DNA of 39,937 bases from a virus (taxonomy: Duplodnaviria > Heunggongvirae > Uroviricota > Caudoviricetes): IMG/VR virus record IMGVR_UViG_3300045988_182320; one strand, given 5' to 3'. This document shows positions 36,019-39,937 of the stretch, one piece after another (the first letter of the stretch is position 1; the number at the start of each line of letters is the position of its first letter). Below the pieces are notes generated by a model. It did no database searches and was not told the DNA's origin. It was given only the letters and a program-made list of their open reading frames with translations. A program made the translations under genes and the position numbers.

Positions 36019-37411
36019 CTTGTTGCTTTGATTTTAGGTTGTTGGAAACTTGCTTGGCATCCTTGTTCTCGTCGAGGGTGGTGAGCATGATGAGCGGCAC
36101 GTCTGGATAGACCTTCTGCTCCCAGTGGTTGAAGTAGATGACCACCCAGTGAACGGTCTCCATGAGGTCGTGGAACGCCTTCTCTATCGACTGCTTGAGG
36201 GTGAAGAGCTCTCGCTTGTCTGAGCCAGAGTTGTTGGTTTGGCTCTTGCCCGGTGTGGCGCCCACGAGATTAGGGTGGATGTTGTCGGCATAACACTGCA
36301 TGTTGTTGCTCTCGGCGATGTCGTCGCTGTAGTCACCGCCATCCTTTGAGGTGTCGATGCGCGTGATGCGCACCATCTTTACCTCTTTGCCATCAGGTGT
36401 GGTGTAATAGCCCGCTATCCAGAGCTTGCCGCTATTCTCGATGCCTGAGATGAAGGAGCGGATTTTTTCTTTCTCCTTCAGCTTGCGCTCCTTTTGCTTT
36501 GCCTTGTCGGTGATGTGCTCCTCTTGGAAGATGCCACGCCAATAGTCGTTGTGTATCTCTACGAGGTAAGGGATGGCAGCGTGGTTTTTGAGCTTTGCCA
36601 TCTTGCCGATGGCGATGAGCCGGGAGATGTCGTACCACTTGTCTCGGAAGATGGCGCTGTAGTAGGGCACGGGGTAGTATTGACTGCCAGGAGTAGGGAA
36701 GCGAGTCACGATGGCGAAGACTCTGTCTTTGCACTTTGCTCCACCCGTCTGTCTGGTCAGGGTCTGTCCGCTTTGACCGTCGAGCCCCATGCGCTGCTGT
36801 AGGTCGCCCAGTGGGTCTAGCTCGTCGAGGAGTGGCAGCACCTCGATGTTGTCGGGATTGACGGCATTGCGCCAGTTGGCATAGAGCACGTATTCGGAGC
36901 GACCGTTTTTGCTCTGGGTGAACCGACAGTAGCACGCCTCTTTGTGCCGTATGCCCACGATGCGATCGCCCTTTTTGTTGAGGATGATGGCTGAGACACA
37001 AAAGAAGAAGTACTTCATGTCTGTGATTTGCTCGAGGAAGAAGCGCGAGAGGTTGTTGTGCATCTTGAAGAGGTTGACCTCTTTGTCTTGTGTCGGAAGC
37101 TTTGTCTTGATGTCGTTGTACTGGAAGCCCATGCCGTAGCAGGTGAGCACGTTGAAGAGCTTGTTTTGCGCCATCACGCTGCTCTCGCCGATGTTTTTGA
37201 TGAGCTGGTAGGGCAGCTTGTTGTCTGCCCCGAAGGGGATGTAGGTGTATCTTTGCTTGTCCACCTCTACGGAGACGGTGGGTGTGGTACCATCATCATC
37301 GAAGATGGATGAGGACTCGACGAAGCCGCTGGTGGGCGACGAGGTCTGGTAATCGAGCACCTCGCCCATGGTGGCGTATGTGATGTCTATGTTATTGCTT
37401 TTGTCTGCCAT
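36005..37411 (-). CDS. Hypothetical large structural protein (portal candidate by size only)
   Basis: About 469 aa from ATG near 37409-37411 (MADKSNNIDITY...); the track ORF extends to 37582 but would overlap the upstream 86-aa gene. Confidence 0.35.
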   Translation of the reverse strand: MADKSNNIDITYATMGEVLDYQTSSPTSGFVESSSIFDDDGTTPTVSVEVDKQRYTYIPFGADNKLPYQLIKNIGESSVMAQNKLFNVLTCYGMGFQYNDIKTKLPTQDKEVNLFKMHNNLSRFFLEQITDMKYFFFCVSAIILNKKGDRIVGIRHKEACYCRFTQSKNGRSEYVLYANWRNAVNPDNIEVLPLLDELDPLGDLQQRMGLDGQSGQTLTRQTGGAKCKDRVFAIVTRFPTPGSQYYPVPYYSAIFRDKWYDISRLIAIGKMAKLKNHAAIPYLVEIHNDYWRGIFQEEHITDKAKQKERKLKEKEKIRSFISGIENSGKLWIAGYYTTPDGKEVKMVRITRIDTSKDGGDYSDDIAESNNMQCYADNIHPNLVGATPGKSQTNNSGSDKRELFTLKQSIEKAFHDLMETVHWVVIYFNHWEQKVYPDVPLIMLTTLDENKDAKQVSNNLKSKQQDDTD

Positions 37412-37416
37412 AATCT

Positions 37417-37677
37417 TTATAAGTATATTGAATGGTCGTTGTATCTGAAGATGAAAATGTCTCTCACCTTGCGTATCTGGTGGTTGACTGGGTTGTAGAG
37501 GGTGTGGGTGCCGTTTTGCCAGGATGAGGACTTGACGAGCCATCCCCTGTACTGGATGATGGAACCATCGCCGCCCTTCCAACAGTCGATGTCAACGGGC
37601 GAGCGGTCGATGCGCGAGATGTCGAGGGCACGGCGCAGCTCGTTGATGTGTATTGCCTTGGGTGTCTTGTCTGCCAT
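37417..37677 (-). CDS. Hypothetical small protein
   Basis: 86 aa ORF between two larger structural genes. Confidence 0.35.
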   Translation of the reverse strand: MADKTPKAIHINELRRALDISRIDRSPVDIDCWKGGDGSIIQYRGWLVKSSSWQNGTHTLYNPVNHQIRKVRDIFIFRYNDHSIYL

Positions 37678-37694
37678 ATATCTGAAGATGTTTT

Positions 37695-38756
37695 TTAGTT
37701 GAACGTATCGTCGAAGGAGTCGTCGAAGATGCGACCGCCCGTATTGTCGATGTTTTTGAACACGACATTCTGGACTCGCTGGGCATATTGGTAGCTGAAG
37801 GTGAACTCAGCCATGTCATCCAGCTCGTTGGTGCGCTCGCTCTTGGAGTCGGTGAAGGTAATCTCTTTGTCCTGTGTGTAGTCACGGAACAGATAGATCT
37901 CATCGGAGCGCAGCAGGTCTTCGGCGAAGTGTGCCATGGACGGAGGAATAACACCTGTGTCGCCCTCGAAGGTGCGGGTCTCTTTGACGGAGTAGTTGAT
38001 CTTTTTGCCGCTGATGACGGCGCTCTTGCGCTCGAAGGTAGGTGCAATCTTCTTTTTGCCTAGGCAATAGAAGATCTCTTGGCACCCGAAGGAGTTGGTG
38101 AAGAGGAGCACCGGGTCGGCGACCGCCTCGGTATGGTCTATCTGGAAGTCTTGCACTCGCTTGCCCACGGTGACGGTGTAGGCGAAGAGGTCGCCACGGT
38201 CGGCATCGTAGTAACGGTCGGGCGAGACATCGAAGGTGGTGATGTTATTCACCGTATGGGTAGGGGTGGCATCGGCGGCGATATTGCCCTCCACGACCTT
38301 GCCGTCTTTGTAATATCGGGCTGTGACGGCGGCAGTGGTTCTGTCGGCACCTGCGGCATGGAGATATTCACGGTGTCCGAGCTGTGTGAGCTTGGCACCA
38401 TCGAGGAGGGTGAGGAAGTATTGGTCGAGGAACGACTGGCACGACATGTTGATGTCAACGGTGGCGTAGTAGGCGGTGAACTCGCACGACCAGTTGGCGA
38501 CATCGCTCTCGCCATTGTGCTCGACAATCTTGATGGCGCACTTGGCGACCACGGTCGTGCGCACGGCATCGGAGATGAGCGTGCCGAGGTCGTAGATGGT
38601 GATGGTGCCAGCCACTGGGTAGTAAGTCTCGCTGAGCAGCTCTTCGCCCTCGCAGGTGATGGTAACGGTAGCGCGCTCGCCACCTATCTTGAAGGAGAAG
38701 GAGTCGAGCGCACTGGTGAACAATGGCGAAGATGGTTGGTTGGTAACTGTAATCAT
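37695..38756 (-). CDS. Hypothetical structural protein
   Basis: 353 aa, ATG at 38754-38756, preceded by a -7 box and a terminator. Confidence 0.45.
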   Translation of the reverse strand: MITVTNQPSSPLFTSALDSFSFKIGGERATVTITCEGEELLSETYYPVAGTITIYDLGTLISDAVRTTVVAKCAIKIVEHNGESDVANWSCEFTAYYATVDINMSCQSFLDQYFLTLLDGAKLTQLGHREYLHAAGADRTTAAVTARYYKDGKVVEGNIAADATPTHTVNNITTFDVSPDRYYDADRGDLFAYTVTVGKRVQDFQIDHTEAVADPVLLFTNSFGCQEIFYCLGKKKIAPTFERKSAVISGKKINYSVKETRTFEGDTGVIPPSMAHFAEDLLRSDEIYLFRDYTQDKEITFTDSKSERTNELDDMAEFTFSYQYAQRVQNVVFKNIDNTGGRIFDDSFDDTFN

Positions 38757-38779
38757 ATCAATGTCTCATTAAAACGATG

Positions 38780-38787
38780 CAAAGATA
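38780..38787 (-). promoter_or_regulatory. Bacteroidota-type -7 promoter box
   Basis: caaagata on plus strand (TAtcTTTG on minus), 24 nt upstream of ATG 38756. Confidence 0.45.
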
Positions 38788-38800
38788 GGAAGGAAGGGGA

Positions 38801-38841
38801 GAAAATAAAAATACCTGATTGTCATCACGACAACCAGGTAT
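38801..38841 (-). terminator. Rho-independent terminator (imperfect hairpin)
   Basis: atacctg (38811-38817) / caggtat (38835-38841) with an inner ttgtc/gacaa helix; followed on the minus strand by ttttattttc. Confidence 0.4.
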
Positions 38842-38933
38842 CGACTCATGGAGCTGACCACGCCTTGTTAAGCCTAAGGCTCCATTCCGAGACTGTTTTA
38901 TGTTGTAAATGAAAAAAAATGTGCTTGTCTTGC

Positions 38934-39245
38934 TTACTCTTCGGGCTGTGCGCAGTTGATTATCCAGACGAGTCTGCCACCCTCGACAGACTTCATCTTG
39001 AAGCCGTGCTCGACCATGTACTCGGTGATGACGGGGATGGGAGCGACGACCATGCCGCTGATGGCCTCTTGTATATCTTTGGAGGATAGGAAGTCAACGC
39101 ATTGGCTGTATGGGTCATCGCCCGGTGTGTCGCCCTCGAAGTAAGCGTCGAGCGCCATGCGCACATAGTCGATCTTGCTCTCTTGCTCTGACTGTTGCTG
39201 CTCGTCGCTGTTAGCACTGAAGCCCATCACACGCATACGTTTCAT
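38934..39245 (-). CDS. Hypothetical protein
   Basis: 103 aa ORF. Confidence 0.4.
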   Translation of the reverse strand: MKRMRVMGFSANSDEQQQSEQESKIDYVRMALDAYFEGDTPGDDPYSQCVDFLSSKDIQEAISGMVVAPIPVITEYMVEHGFKMKSVEGGRLVWIINCAQPEE

Positions 39246-39511
39246 GCCTCACCTCCTTTCGCCTCCAGTGCTATGTTGATGGTCTTGAAGAGCTTGCTCA
39301 TGTGGTCGAAGTTGTTGAGCATGAGTAGCACTTTGTCGGCACCGCCGAGGTCTTCGACACAGTTGGTCACCACCTCGTCTGAGATAAGCACCTTTTTGAC
39401 TTGCTCTAGGTACTCGATGAAGTAGCTGAGCTGGTTGACATCCATCATTTCTACGAGCGCATTCCAGACCTCTGCTGTCATGTGCATATTTGTTGCGTTG
39501 TTTGTGTTCAT
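39242..39511 (-). CDS. Hypothetical protein
   Basis: 89 aa ORF with 4-nt overlaps on both sides. Confidence 0.4.
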   Translation of the reverse strand: MNTNNATNMHMTAEVWNALVEMMDVNQLSYFIEYLEQVKKVLISDEVVTNCVEDLGGADKVLLMLNNFDHMSKLFKTINIALEAKGGEA

Positions 39512-39759
39512 GCTACGACTCCTCCCATCAGATAACCACCAAAGAAAACCACTGCCATGAAGGCTGCGAAGCCTAGTGTGGCCTTGACCACCTCGCCGTA
39601 GGTCACGCTCTCGTCGCAGAGTGCGGTGAAGGTCTCGCTCTTGGTCTTGGCGAGCTTCTTGATTTCACACTTGAGGGTATTGATGCCCTCGTTGACGTTG
39701 ATGCCTACAGGTCTCACCTGCGCATCATTTAGTAAAATTGAATTCTGCATAATTGCCAT
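39508..39759 (-). CDS. Hypothetical small membrane protein
   Basis: About 83 aa from ATG 39757-39759 (MAIMQNS...), C-terminal hydrophobic helix. Confidence 0.35.
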   Translation of the reverse strand: MAIMQNSILLNDAQVRPVGINVNEGINTLKCEIKKLAKTKSETFTALCDESVTYGEVVKATLGFAAFMAVVFFGGYLMGGVVA

Positions 39760-39937
39760 CTTTAACGCATATAGACCGACCTTGATGTATAAATACAATG
39801 GTGGCGGTCACATTCACCGTTGCGTTAAAGATGGTAGCTTTCCCAGCGAAGGGCAAACGATATCTTACGGATCATGCAACCGCCATATTGAAAAGACCTT
39901 TTTCCCGCTGCCGGGAAAATGATACTTTATAGGCATA

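Larger units (their letters stand above)
1..39937 (-). mobile_element. Segment of a temperate tailed phage or prophage (siphovirus-like gene content, Bacteroidota-type signals)
   Basis: Contiguous terminase, ClpP-like prohead protease, capsid-like, tape-measure-like, tail-fibre-like, amidase/holin, integrase, HTH regulator, primase-helicase and DGR genes; TAnnTTTG -7 boxes and no Shine-Dalgarno sequences upstream of genes. Confidence 0.8.

Noticed and set aside
36432-37001. 189-aa Arg-rich minus-strand ORF inside the 36005-37411 gene
   Set aside because: Alternative-frame ORF with a highly biased R/H/P/Q composition, typical of an out-of-frame read of a GC-rich gene.
39900-39919. Hairpin ttttcccg-ctgc-cgggaaaa near the right end
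   Set aside because: The A/T runs are part of the stem and there is no trailing T-run on either strand; no gene is assigned upstream, so a terminator call is unsupported.

Overview
This window reads as a near-complete temperate tailed-phage (or prophage) segment with Bacteroidota-type expression signals. Almost all genes are on the minus strand; the exception is a plus-strand lysogeny pair (HTH regulator 12934-13311, tyrosine integrase 13536-14699). Recognisable modules, by coordinate: terminase large subunit (499-2100); ClpP-like prohead protease/scaffold fusion and a capsid-like gene (4953-7083); TOPRIM + P-loop primase-helicase (8982-11936) beside an iteron-rich noncoding region (8240-8980); a 1448-aa tape-measure-like protein (16689-21035); a T7-lysozyme-like amidase with holin (22865-23531); and a tail-fibre-like block (26189-33400). 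The standout is a diversity-generating retroelement (DGR) at 24046-27661: a 122-nt template repeat and a 122-nt variable repeat at the 3' end of a 506-aa target gene differ at 12 positions, all at template adenines on the coding strand. The adjacent reverse transcriptase has a non-canonical motif C (F-M-D-N instead of Y-x-D-D). Many minus-strand genes are preceded by a CAAAGnTA box (reverse complement TAnnTTTG) and followed by hairpin + T-run terminators. All calls are from reading the sequence and ORF translations by eye; no searches were run, and small features may be off by 1-2 nt. Most structural ORFs have no recognisable motif and are left as hypothetical.
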